Below, piece after piece: positions 17,394 through 25,516 of a stretch of 39,999 bases of DNA. Numbering within the stretch: position 1 is the first letter of the stretch; every line of letters begins with the position of its first letter. Origin of the DNA: Candidatus Parcubacteria bacterium (GTDB lineage: Bacteria; Patescibacteriota; Minisyncoccia; Phycocordibacterales; UBA918); the NCBI GenBank assembly GCA_021767645.1, contig JAASSY010000003.1, positions 1 through 39,999 of the forward strand, in the 5' to 3' direction. The position numbers and the translations under genes were made by a program. The notes beneath the pieces were generated by a model. The model was given only the letters and a program-made list of their open reading frames with translations. It did no database searches and was not told the DNA's origin.

Positions 17394-18847
17394 CCCAGTA
17401 CTCTCAACAAAAAGGCGCCTTGCTTGTGCTGATTCTCGTTTTCGGGGCTGTATTTACCACCATCATATTTGGTTTTATGAATTATATCGTCAGTCAGTAC
17501 GCAGCCCAGCAGCGGGAGTTTAATGATATGAAAGCGCGTGAAATAGCCGAGGCTGGTATTAATTACTATAAATGGTTTTTGGCGCACAACCCTGATGACG
17601 TGCAGCACGGCACAACCACTCCAGGACCGTACGTGGTGGAATACGAGGATCCGGAAGAAGGTCCAATCGGTGCGTTTTCACTCGATATCACCAGTCGAGA
17701 ATACTGTGGTGAAGTAAGTTCTATCTATATCACTTCGACCGGTTACACGTACGAGAACCCAAGCAGTACTCGTTCGGTGTATGCGCACTACGCACAGCCA
17801 ACCGTAACAGAGTACGCCTACATCATTAACTCCAATGTTTGGGCTGGTGCTGACCGCACAATTATTGGTCCGTACCACTCAAACGGAGGGGTGCGGATGG
17901 ATGGTACGAATAACTCTACAGTGACGAGTGGTCAAGCTACCTGGAACTGTACTAATTCATTTGGTTGTATACCCAGTGATAGTAATGCTGACGGTGTCGT
18001 TGGCAGTGGGCCAAATAGTGATTTATGGTCGTTTCCCTCACCGCCAATTAACTTTACTGGGCTAACGCTCGACCTCTCGACAATGGCGGCAAAAGCACAA
18101 GATCCGACGACTGGTGGAATTTTTATTCCTGAGTCCAGTGGGTATGGTTACCGCGTGCAGTTTCGGACGGACGGTACTGTCGATGTCTACCAAGTTGATA
18201 GCGTCTATACATATGAAGGTTTTGCCAATGGGAGTTGGTCAACCGAGGAGCACATTATTGATACCGAATCGTTTGTAGCTTCGTATGCACTAGACACCAG
18301 CTGCCCACTCATCTTCGTCGAGGATAAGGTTTGGTTGGGTGGCAATGTGCAAGACAAAATATCCCTTGCCGCCGCCGACATTGATACCCCTGGTGTTGAT
18401 CGGTCAATTATTCTGCAAGAAAACATTCAGTATGGCAGTAGTAGTGCTGGCCTCATTGCGGTTGCCGAGGAAGATGTGCTTTTAGGGGTCAATGTGCCAG
18501 AAGATATGGAGATAAACGGTGTGTTTATGGCCCAAAATGGACGGTTCGGTCGTAATCATTACGAACGGGAACGGTTACCAAGGACTTGTGTTGGTTGGGT
18601 GTGGTTGTGGTGTGTAGCCTGGAGTGAACCATTTGCTGGTGATGTATTTAAGGACAGTCTTACTATTAACGGTACTATTTTCTCCAACGGACGAGTTGGT
18701 ACACAGTGGACGAGTGGCGGAACGCCAATTTCTGGTTTTCTGACTCGATATAACAGCTACGACCGCAATTTAGTGATTGATCCACCACCGCTTACACCAA
18801 ACACCTCGGAAGACTATCGCTTCATTGAGTGGCGAGACGTCGATTAG
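17390..18847 (+). CDS. PilX-like minor pilin with large C-terminal domain
   Basis: KG|ALLVL (no Glu5), A..IAEAGI, ITSTG, HSNG, C-terminal WR; overlaps the previous gene by 4 nt. Confidence 0.82.
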   Translation: MTQYSQQKGALLVLILVFGAVFTTIIFGFMNYIVSQYAAQQREFNDMKAREIAEAGINYYKWFLAHNPDDVQHGTTTPGPYVVEYEDPEEGPIGAFSLDITSREYCGEVSSIYITSTGYTYENPSSTRSVYAHYAQPTVTEYAYIINSNVWAGADRTIIGPYHSNGGVRMDGTNNSTVTSGQATWNCTNSFGCIPSDSNADGVVGSGPNSDLWSFPSPPINFTGLTLDLSTMAAKAQDPTTGGIFIPESSGYGYRVQFRTDGTVDVYQVDSVYTYEGFANGSWSTEEHIIDTESFVASYALDTSCPLIFVEDKVWLGGNVQDKISLAAADIDTPGVDRSIILQENIQYGSSSAGLIAVAEEDVLLGVNVPEDMEINGVFMAQNGRFGRNHYERERLPRTCVGWVWLWCVAWSEPFAGDVFKDSLTINGTIFSNGRVGTQWTSGGTPISGFLTRYNSYDRNLVIDPPPLTPNTSEDYRFIEWRDVD

Positions 18848-18867
18848 TTCGTGCTACACTAGTTGGT

Positions 18868-19650
18868 ATGAAGCAACACGTACCATTGATTGTCGGCAAC
18901 TGGAAAATGAACCCAGCTACTGTCGGCGCGGCTAAGAAGCTGTTTCTAGCTATCCGTAAAGCATTGGGTCGGAAGCGCCTTAATGTGCACATCGCAGTAG
19001 CTCCCCCGTTTCCGTTTCTGTCAGAACTGGAGCGCCTGTCACCGTCACAGCGGATTAGTCTGGCGGCACAAGATGTTTTTTTCGAGGCGATTGGTGCACA
19101 TACGGGAGAAGTGTCATTACCTATGCTCAAAAGTGTTGGGGTCACGGCAGTGATTGTGGGGCATTCAGAACGTCGCGCTCGGGGAGAGTCCGACCACGAA
19201 ATTTATGAAGACGTATCAACGCTTTTTAAAAGTAATGTCACTGGAATTATCTGTGTCGGAGAAAACGAACGTGATGATAGCGGTAACTTCTACTCGGTGG
19301 TTGAAGCCCAACTACGGTCTGCTCTACGAGGTGTGCCAAAAACTAAGCTTAAGCAGCTGGTGATTGCCTACGAACCAGTGTGGGCAATCGGGACTGGGGC
19401 GGTTGCGACACCAGAGGATGTGCACGAGATGAAACTATTTATCCAGAAAATTTTAACTGACCACTTTGGGCGTGCCGGAGCTGAGAAAGTGCGAGTGATC
19501 TACGGCGGATCAGTCAAGAAAAAGAATGCAGCCGCGTTGCTTGAAGAGGGTCAAGTCGACGGCTTTCTGATTGGCGGTGCGAGCCTCAAAGCCAAAGAGT
19601 TTGTCAGTATTATCAATATAGCGCATGAGTACGAAAAAACTTCCGTTTAA
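18868..19650 (+). CDS. tpiA: Triosephosphate isomerase
   Basis: GNWKMN, GAHTGEVS, GHSERR, AYEPVWAIGTG, YGGSV, GFLIGGASL. Confidence 0.97.
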   Translation: MKQHVPLIVGNWKMNPATVGAAKKLFLAIRKALGRKRLNVHIAVAPPFPFLSELERLSPSQRISLAAQDVFFEAIGAHTGEVSLPMLKSVGVTAVIVGHSERRARGESDHEIYEDVSTLFKSNVTGIICVGENERDDSGNFYSVVEAQLRSALRGVPKTKLKQLVIAYEPVWAIGTGAVATPEDVHEMKLFIQKILTDHFGRAGAEKVRVIYGGSVKKKNAAALLEEGQVDGFLIGGASLKAKEFVSIINIAHEYEKTSV

Positions 19651-20776
19651 GACGTTGGGTGATCTGACGGTACAAGCTGGTCAACCAGTACTAGTCCGGA
19701 CGTCACTCAATGTCCCTATCAAGGATGGAGTTATTGAGAACCAGTTTCGTATTACTCGGGGATTGGCTACGGTACAACACTTAGTGCAGCAAGGCGGTAA
19801 AGTTGTATTGCTGGGTCATATTGGGAGTAAGGGCGGACAGTCAACAGAGCCGATAGCGGATTTACTTAGTAGTTTAGGGTACTCCGTTACGTTTTGTAAA
19901 TCAGTCAGCGGTGCTGAAGCTAAAAACTGCGTTGATAATGCCGCTGCCGGTAGCGTGATCCTGTTAGAAAATGTACGGCGCGATCCACGCGAAAAACAAA
20001 ATGATCCTGAATTTGCCCGTGAACTCTCTGAACTCGCTGCGGTATATATTAACGATGCGTTTGCCGCTTCGCACCGCGAACACGCGTCGCTAGTTGGTGT
20101 GCCAGCGTTACTACCAGCGTATGCTGGTTTTAATTTTGTCCATGAATACGAAGCTCTATCGCAGATGCGGGCACCAACTTCGCCGTCGCTGTTTATGCTT
20201 GGTGGTGCCAAGTTCGATACGAAACTACCGCTAGTGGAGCAATTTCTGGAGCGATACAGCCGCGTATTTATTGGGGGCGCATTAGCTAACGATCTGTTTC
20301 AGGCACGGGGGTATGAGGTCGGTAATTCACTGGTATCAGATATTTCGCTAGCCAACAACCCTATTGTGCGACACCCTAACTTACTACTGCCAGTTGATGT
20401 CATTGTCACTGATGGTACACGTACCCGGGTGTGCGCACCTGATGCAGTACAGACCAATGAAACTATCTATGACGCTGGGCCGGAGACGGTCACAATGCTG
20501 ACGCCGCTGGTTACACAAGCGCGCAGTATTTTGTGGAATGGTCCACTTGGTAACTACGAAGCCGGTTTCAATGAGCAGACAGAAGCGGCAGCTCGCTTGG
20601 TGGCGGAGGCACCGGGTCACGCCGTGGTGGGTGGAGGTGATACAGTCGCCTCTATTGAGTCACTTGGCGTACAAGAGCACTTCGCGTTTTTATCAACTGC
20701 TGGAGGGGCGATGTTGCACTTTCTCGAGCACGGGACGCTGCCGGCAATAACAGCACTTTCCCAGACCAAAGAGTAA
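19625..20776 (+). CDS. pgk: Phosphoglycerate kinase
   Basis: LNVP, LLENVR, NDAF..SHR.HAS, LGGAK, WNGPLG, GGGDT, STAGGA.L.FL. Confidence 0.95.
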   Translation: MSTKKLPFKTLGDLTVQAGQPVLVRTSLNVPIKDGVIENQFRITRGLATVQHLVQQGGKVVLLGHIGSKGGQSTEPIADLLSSLGYSVTFCKSVSGAEAKNCVDNAAAGSVILLENVRRDPREKQNDPEFARELSELAAVYINDAFAASHREHASLVGVPALLPAYAGFNFVHEYEALSQMRAPTSPSLFMLGGAKFDTKLPLVEQFLERYSRVFIGGALANDLFQARGYEVGNSLVSDISLANNPIVRHPNLLLPVDVIVTDGTRTRVCAPDAVQTNETIYDAGPETVTMLTPLVTQARSILWNGPLGNYEAGFNEQTEAAARLVAEAPGHAVVGGGDTVASIESLGVQEHFAFLSTAGGAMLHFLEHGTLPAITALSQTKE

Positions 20777-21276
20777 TGCAGTATCATAAAACAGTAGACG
20801 CTATTAAGCAGCTGCTTGATACGAAACACATACACTATACTTGCTATGAACACGCTGCGGTGCGCACCTCAGAAGAGGCCGCCGCTATCCGTCCAGAATA
20901 CACGATCGATCAAGGAGCGAAGGCACTGATTGTTCGGATAAAACGAAAAGGTGTAGCAACGGCAGCAGCTAAGCAGTATGTGCAGCTGGTGCTACCTGGC
21001 AGTGCCACATTCACTCCAAAGGTAGTCCGGGCTTCACTCGGGGCTAAGGATATTCGGTTTGCTACTGAGACAGAAGTAGCCGAGCTCACTGGTGGTGTAG
21101 AGCCCGGTGGTGTGCCGCCGTTTGGTAATCTGTTTAATCTGCCGGTCTATGTCGATCCAACGTTATTGCATAACGACATAATTATTTTCAACGCTGGTGA
21201 TCGCTGCTACTCGATTGCGTTGCGCAGTGATGATTATGTAGCGGCGGTCCAGCCAACAGTGGTAACACTCATTTGA
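20776..21276 (+). CDS. YbaK/ProX-family aminoacyl-tRNA deacylase
   Basis: H..VRTSEEAA, AKALIV, RFA, PGGVPPFG, FNAG. Confidence 0.88.
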   Translation: MQYHKTVDAIKQLLDTKHIHYTCYEHAAVRTSEEAAAIRPEYTIDQGAKALIVRIKRKGVATAAAKQYVQLVLPGSATFTPKVVRASLGAKDIRFATETEVAELTGGVEPGGVPPFGNLFNLPVYVDPTLLHNDIIIFNAGDRCYSIALRSDDYVAAVQPTVVTLI

Positions 21277-21279
21277 CGT

Positions 21280-21729
21280 ATGCAGCAACTTACCTTGTGC
21301 TACTTACTCACTGCAACAGACATGTGTCTGGGTTACAAAAAACGTGGCTTTGGTAGTGGTTTGTACAATGGGTATGGTGGTAAGGTGGAGCCAGATGAAG
21401 CATTATTAGCGGCTGCCGTGCGTGAAGTACAGGAAGAAGCAAACGTTGTAGTGCAGGAAACTGATTTACAAGCTGTGGCAGAACTCACGTTTGTCTTCAG
21501 TGATCGAACTCTAGCGGTGGCGGCTTATTTTTGTACTAAATGGCAAGGTACACCACAGGAAACTGAAGAAATGCGACCCGAATGGTTTTCACTGAAAGCT
21601 CTACCGTTCGACCAGATGTGGGCAGATGACATTGTCTGGTTGCCGCGAGCGTTAGCCGGTGAGTATGTTCGAGGAACGGTCTGGTTTGCTGATGATGGAC
21701 GTAGCATTGCCGGTATGGAGTGGCAATAA
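21280..21729 (+). CDS. NUDIX hydrolase, MTH1/8-oxo-dGTPase-like
   Basis: KKRGFG.G.YNG.GGKVE, Nudix box AAVREVQEE, ETEEMRP.WF, MW.DD..W. Confidence 0.9.
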   Translation: MQQLTLCYLLTATDMCLGYKKRGFGSGLYNGYGGKVEPDEALLAAAVREVQEEANVVVQETDLQAVAELTFVFSDRTLAVAAYFCTKWQGTPQETEEMRPEWFSLKALPFDQMWADDIVWLPRALAGEYVRGTVWFADDGRSIAGMEWQ

Positions 21730-21757
21730 ACATGACTGGCTTGTGGCCAGTCATGTT
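21729..21757. terminator. Bidirectional terminator
   Basis: AACATGACTGGC-TTGTG-GCCAGTCATGTT between convergent genes. Confidence 0.85.
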
Positions 21758-21777
21758 GTAAGCAGTGCCATGTGTGA

Positions 21778-22188
21778 TCAGTCTTCTTCTACAGCAGCCT
21801 GAATCTGAGTGGCTACTTGGGCCAAGGTTTCATCGTCAGCTTCACTGCCTTGGGGCATGATGGCACCTAGCGCGGTTTTGGTATCCGTCATCGGATAGAT
21901 TTTAATGTGTACGTGCGGCACATCAAAACCTTCAACCACTAAACAGGTCCGAGCTGCATTGAGTGCAGCATCAGATGCTTGCGCAATTTTCTTGGCTGTT
22001 TTAAAGAGGTGGATATAGGTGTCATCATCGAGATCAAAAGCGTAGTCGATTTCTGTTTTAGGAATGACTAATGACTGTCCTTTAACAGCAGGAAAACGGT
22101 CGAGGATGGCCACACAGTGTTCGTCTTCGTAAATGAAGTGCGCTGGGACTTCTCGGTTAATAATTTTAGTAAAAATTGATTCAGACAT
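21778..22188 (-). CDS. HIT family nucleotide hydrolase
   Basis: SIFTKII..E.PA..IYED, LVIPK, VPHVHIK (third triad His replaced by Lys). Confidence 0.9.
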   Translation of the reverse strand: MSESIFTKIINREVPAHFIYEDEHCVAILDRFPAVKGQSLVIPKTEIDYAFDLDDDTYIHLFKTAKKIAQASDAALNAARTCLVVEGFDVPHVHIKIYPMTDTKTALGAIMPQGSEADDETLAQVATQIQAAVEED

Positions 22189-22236
22189 AGAGACAAACTT
22201 ACGGTTAGCGCTACCATGGTATCATGCTTTGTACAT

Positions 22237-23940
22237 ATGGCGAGGTACGAGACAGCAGCGGATATAACGCCGAGTACGGCAACAGCCTTGGCCGACTATC
22301 CAGCTCTCTTACAGAAACTGCTGCAGACACGTGGTATCACAACCGCTACAGCCGCCGATCTGTTTTTGTCGCCATCGTATGATGATCATTTGCACGATCC
22401 GTGGCTCCTGCACGATATGTCGGCAGCGGTGGAACGAATTGTGCGAGCGCTGGAAGCAGAGGAAACGATAGTTATCTATAGTGACTACGATTGTGACGGT
22501 ATTCCGGGTGGGGTGGTGCTGCATGATTTATTTCGCTCGCTCGGTCATGAGCATTTTACGAACTATATTCCACACCGGCACTTTGACGGTTTTGGTCTCC
22601 ACGAAAAAGCGGTAACTGAGTTAGCTGCGCAAGGAGCGCAGCTACTGATTACCGTCGACTGTGGCACAACCGACGGTGCGGCGGTTGAGCGAGCTCGAGA
22701 ATTAGGTGTTGACGTTATCATTACCGACCACCATCAACCAGGTGAGCAATTGCCGCCAGCTGTGGCGGTGGTGAATCCACAGGTTGGCAGTAGCTACCCG
22801 TTTCCTGATTTGTGTGGTGCGGCGGTCGCTTTTAAATTAGCCCAGGCAGTCCTCGAAAAAACTGAGCATAACCTGGCACCGGGGCAGGAGAAATGGTGGC
22901 TTGATATGGTGGGGCTGGCCACGGTAGCTGATATGGTGCCGCTTATCGGGGAAAACCGTGTGTTAGCACACTATGGTTTGAAAGTTTTACAAAAAACGCG
23001 TCGTCCTGGTTTGCAGCAATTGCTTCGTAAACAACGGGTGCAATCACGCTATCTCACCGAAGATGATATTGGTTTTACGATTGGGCCGCGGATTAACGCC
23101 GCCTCACGGATGGATACACCCGAAGACGCTTTTTGGATGTTGGCGAGCAGTGACGAATCAGAAGCTGGTTCGTACGTGGCACACCTTGAGTCGCTCAATA
23201 ATGAGCGCAAAGGAATTGTTGCCTCGATGACCCGTGAAGCCCATAAAAAACTCAAGACACAGGAGGTGCCTGAGGTGATTGTTTTAGGTAGTCCAGAATG
23301 GCGACCATCATTAGTTGGTTTGGTAGCTAATAAGTTGGCTGAAGAGTATAGTCGACCGGCCTTTGTCTGGGGTCGCGATGGTAACGGTGTACTGAAAGGT
23401 TCAGCTCGTTCGGGCGGTACAGTAAGTGTGCATGCCATTATGGGCGCAGCCGCTGCAGCGTTTACTGAGTATGGAGGACACCACTTCTCTGGTGGGTTTA
23501 GTGTTAAGGAATCTGCTATTCATACCTTAGCTAAGACATTGGAAACTGCGTACGCTTCACTTGACACAACAGCTGCCGCAGCACCAACTGTCACCATTGA
23601 TCACGTTTGTTCGGTTGATGAGTTGACTGCCGAGGTACTTAAGCTACAGCAACAACTCGCTCCGTTTGGTGTGGCTAACCCAAAACCACTCTATCGCGTC
23701 GAAGATGTTTCCCTTACCGAGGTGTCGTTGTTTGGTAAAGGTAAAGAACACACAAAACTCCAGTTTGCCACCAGTGGAATAGTGGATGAGGCAATTGCGT
23801 TTTTTACTACACCGGAGCAGTTTACCAAGGAGCCGAAGGTTGGGCAGACAGTTGCTTTGGTAGCGCATCTTGAAGAGTCTTTCTTTATGGGGCGTCGACA
23901 AGTTCGTTTACGTCTCGTCGATATTCTGGACACTGTGTGA
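22237..23940 (+). CDS. recJ: Single-stranded-DNA-specific exonuclease RecJ
   Basis: DYDCDG, TVDCG, TDHH, ADMVPL.GENR, PRINAA.R, GSAR, GGH, PFG..NP. Confidence 0.96.
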   Translation: MARYETAADITPSTATALADYPALLQKLLQTRGITTATAADLFLSPSYDDHLHDPWLLHDMSAAVERIVRALEAEETIVIYSDYDCDGIPGGVVLHDLFRSLGHEHFTNYIPHRHFDGFGLHEKAVTELAAQGAQLLITVDCGTTDGAAVERARELGVDVIITDHHQPGEQLPPAVAVVNPQVGSSYPFPDLCGAAVAFKLAQAVLEKTEHNLAPGQEKWWLDMVGLATVADMVPLIGENRVLAHYGLKVLQKTRRPGLQQLLRKQRVQSRYLTEDDIGFTIGPRINAASRMDTPEDAFWMLASSDESEAGSYVAHLESLNNERKGIVASMTREAHKKLKTQEVPEVIVLGSPEWRPSLVGLVANKLAEEYSRPAFVWGRDGNGVLKGSARSGGTVSVHAIMGAAAAAFTEYGGHHFSGGFSVKESAIHTLAKTLETAYASLDTTAAAAPTVTIDHVCSVDELTAEVLKLQQQLAPFGVANPKPLYRVEDVSLTEVSLFGKGKEHTKLQFATSGIVDEAIAFFTTPEQFTKEPKVGQTVALVAHLEESFFMGRRQVRLRLVDILDTV

Positions 23941-23946
23941 TACACT

Positions 23947-23972
23947 AAATACTGCGATATATCGCAGTATTT
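23947..23972. promoter_or_regulatory. Perfect 26-bp palindrome, candidate operator
   Basis: AAATACTGCGATA|TATCGCAGTATTT between extended -10 TGaTACACT (23938-23946) and ATG 23975. Confidence 0.75.
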
Positions 23973-23974
23973 TT

Positions 23975-24385
23975 ATGGCACATATTGGTAAAGAAAAGTT
24001 AGATAAGGGTGAGTTCGAACGACTCTTTGGCCGTTTAGTACAGGTTTGCGCCGATGCGACTGAGCGTGACGCACATCCATTACTACACGGTTTGTTGACC
24101 GATACTGAACAAGTTATGCTCACAAAACGCTTTGCCGCAGTGCTTATGTATCATGAAGGGTACTCGTGCTACGTTGTAGAGCGTACGTTGAAAATCAGTT
24201 CCTCAACAGCACTACGAATACGTAAAGCATATAAGACGGGCCGCTACCGTCCTTTAGTCGCTGTGTTTGATAAAGGAAAAGTTAATCGGGAAGAGTTTTG
24301 GCGTACGTTAGAGGTGTTACTTAGGCTGGGTATGCCGTCGATGGGAAGAGATCGTTGGAAACATGTCCCTGGAATGGGTAGTTAA
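23975..24385 (+). CDS. TrpR/YerC-YecD-like helix-turn-helix protein
   Basis: LLT..E..ML.KR.A, then HTH-like GYS...V...LKISSSTALRI. Confidence 0.8.
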   Translation: MAHIGKEKLDKGEFERLFGRLVQVCADATERDAHPLLHGLLTDTEQVMLTKRFAAVLMYHEGYSCYVVERTLKISSSTALRIRKAYKTGRYRPLVAVFDKGKVNREEFWRTLEVLLRLGMPSMGRDRWKHVPGMGS

Positions 24386-24386
24386 T

Positions 24387-24406
24387 TACTGCGATATATC
24401 GCAGTA
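24387..24406. repeat. Second copy of the palindrome TACTGCGATATATCGCAGTA
   Basis: Identical to 23950-23969; separated from the stop codon by 1 nt. Confidence 0.92.
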
Positions 24407-24456
24407 TAAGCTCATCTCACGCTGTCGCTGTGCGTGAGTGTGGTAAGATGGCTCGC

Positions 24457-24873
24457 ATGCAGGAATACATCATTCATACCGATGGCGGCGCGCGGGGTAA
24501 CCCAGGACCAGCCGGTATCGGTGTAGCCATTTTTGAATCTGACGGTACTGAGATAGCCACGGTATCTGAGTACATTGGTGAAGCTACCAATAATGTCGCC
24601 GAATATACAGCGATTGAACGAGCTTTTGCCAAGCTGCGTACGCTCGCACCAGACACGAAGAACGTGCGCGTTACTGTAAAACTCGATAGTCAGTTAGCTG
24701 AGCGTCAACTCAACGGCGCGTACAAAGTGAAAGACGTCACCCTGAAAACGCACTTTGACCGTATCAAAGCTGGTCTTGATGATTTTGCTAGTGTGAAGTT
24801 TGTCCATGTGCGCCGAGAGAACAATAAACGGGCAGACGAACTGGCGAACGAAGCGATGGATAAAGCCATGTAA
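24457..24873 (+). CDS. rnhA: Ribonuclease HI (archaeal/actinobacterial-like type)
   Basis: TDGGARGNPGPAG, TNNVAEY, DSQL, Y.VK, HVRRE.N.RADELAN. Confidence 0.93.
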   Translation: MQEYIIHTDGGARGNPGPAGIGVAIFESDGTEIATVSEYIGEATNNVAEYTAIERAFAKLRTLAPDTKNVRVTVKLDSQLAERQLNGAYKVKDVTLKTHFDRIKAGLDDFASVKFVHVRRENNKRADELANEAMDKAM

Positions 24874-24948
24874 ATAGTTGACCGAGAATATTGATTTGCT
24901 ATAGTCACGTATAGCTCGAATTAACGGGCTTATATAGGGAGTAGAAAA

Positions 24949-25158
24949 ATGAAAGATCTTTTTGGGCAACCCGATGGTTGCGCTGCAGCTGGTGACACCA
25001 TTGCGCCCAAGACAGAGGTACCACTACGTCCAAACCGCGCTCCGGTCATCGGTTGGGTCAATCCGACCGATGATCTCGACGCGATCATGGCTGGCGACGC
25101 AGAGGTTCCCGTCTACAGTCCCGCTGAACCGGGCGACACCATCAAGTTCAAGACTTGA
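24949..25158 (+). CDS. Small orphan protein, 69 aa, Pro/Asp/Gly-rich
   Basis: Promoter TTGACC-N16-TATAGT (24878-24905), SD GGGAG, downstream hairpin 25172-25192. Confidence 0.65.
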   Translation: MKDLFGQPDGCAAAGDTIAPKTEVPLRPNRAPVIGWVNPTDDLDAIMAGDAEVPVYSPAEPGDTIKFKT

Positions 25159-25306
25159 TGATAGGTCATGCGCCGACCCTTACGGGGTCGGCCATTTCTA
25201 TACAGGGGTACAGTTTGACTCTACAGTTGAGTCTGGTAGGTTGGTAAGTAGAGCTGGTTCCATAGGAACTAGCTCATTTTTGTTCAATCAATTCAGGAGG
25301 CGAGTC

Positions 25307-25417
25307 ATGTTTATCATGCTACTTCAGCACCTCAGCATCAATGTCATGGGAGTGCCACCGCGCCAACCGCGCACTATTCGCCTTCTGTATTACAACGAAG
25401 GAGGTCATAGTTCGTGA
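25307..25417 (+). CDS. Putative 36-aa peptide (MFIMLLQHLSINVMGVPPRQPRTIRLLYYNEGGHSS)
   Basis: SD AGGAGG 6 nt before ATG; possible promoter TTGACT-N16-TAGGTT (25215-25242); GC hairpin 25464-25490 downstream. Confidence 0.45.
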   Translation: MFIMLLQHLSINVMGVPPRQPRTIRLLYYNEGGHSS

Positions 25418-25516
25418 CGCGAGCGCTATGACCTGACACCAGACCTAGCGTCGAATTAAATCAGCCCCGGTGTGCTCACGCACCCGGGGCATCCTTGTGT
25501 TTGCTAGACTAAGTAG

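Noticed and set aside
24962-25417. 151-aa ORF
   Set aside because: It overlaps the 69-aa gene and runs through two terminator-like hairpins; only the SD-led last 36 codons are plausible.
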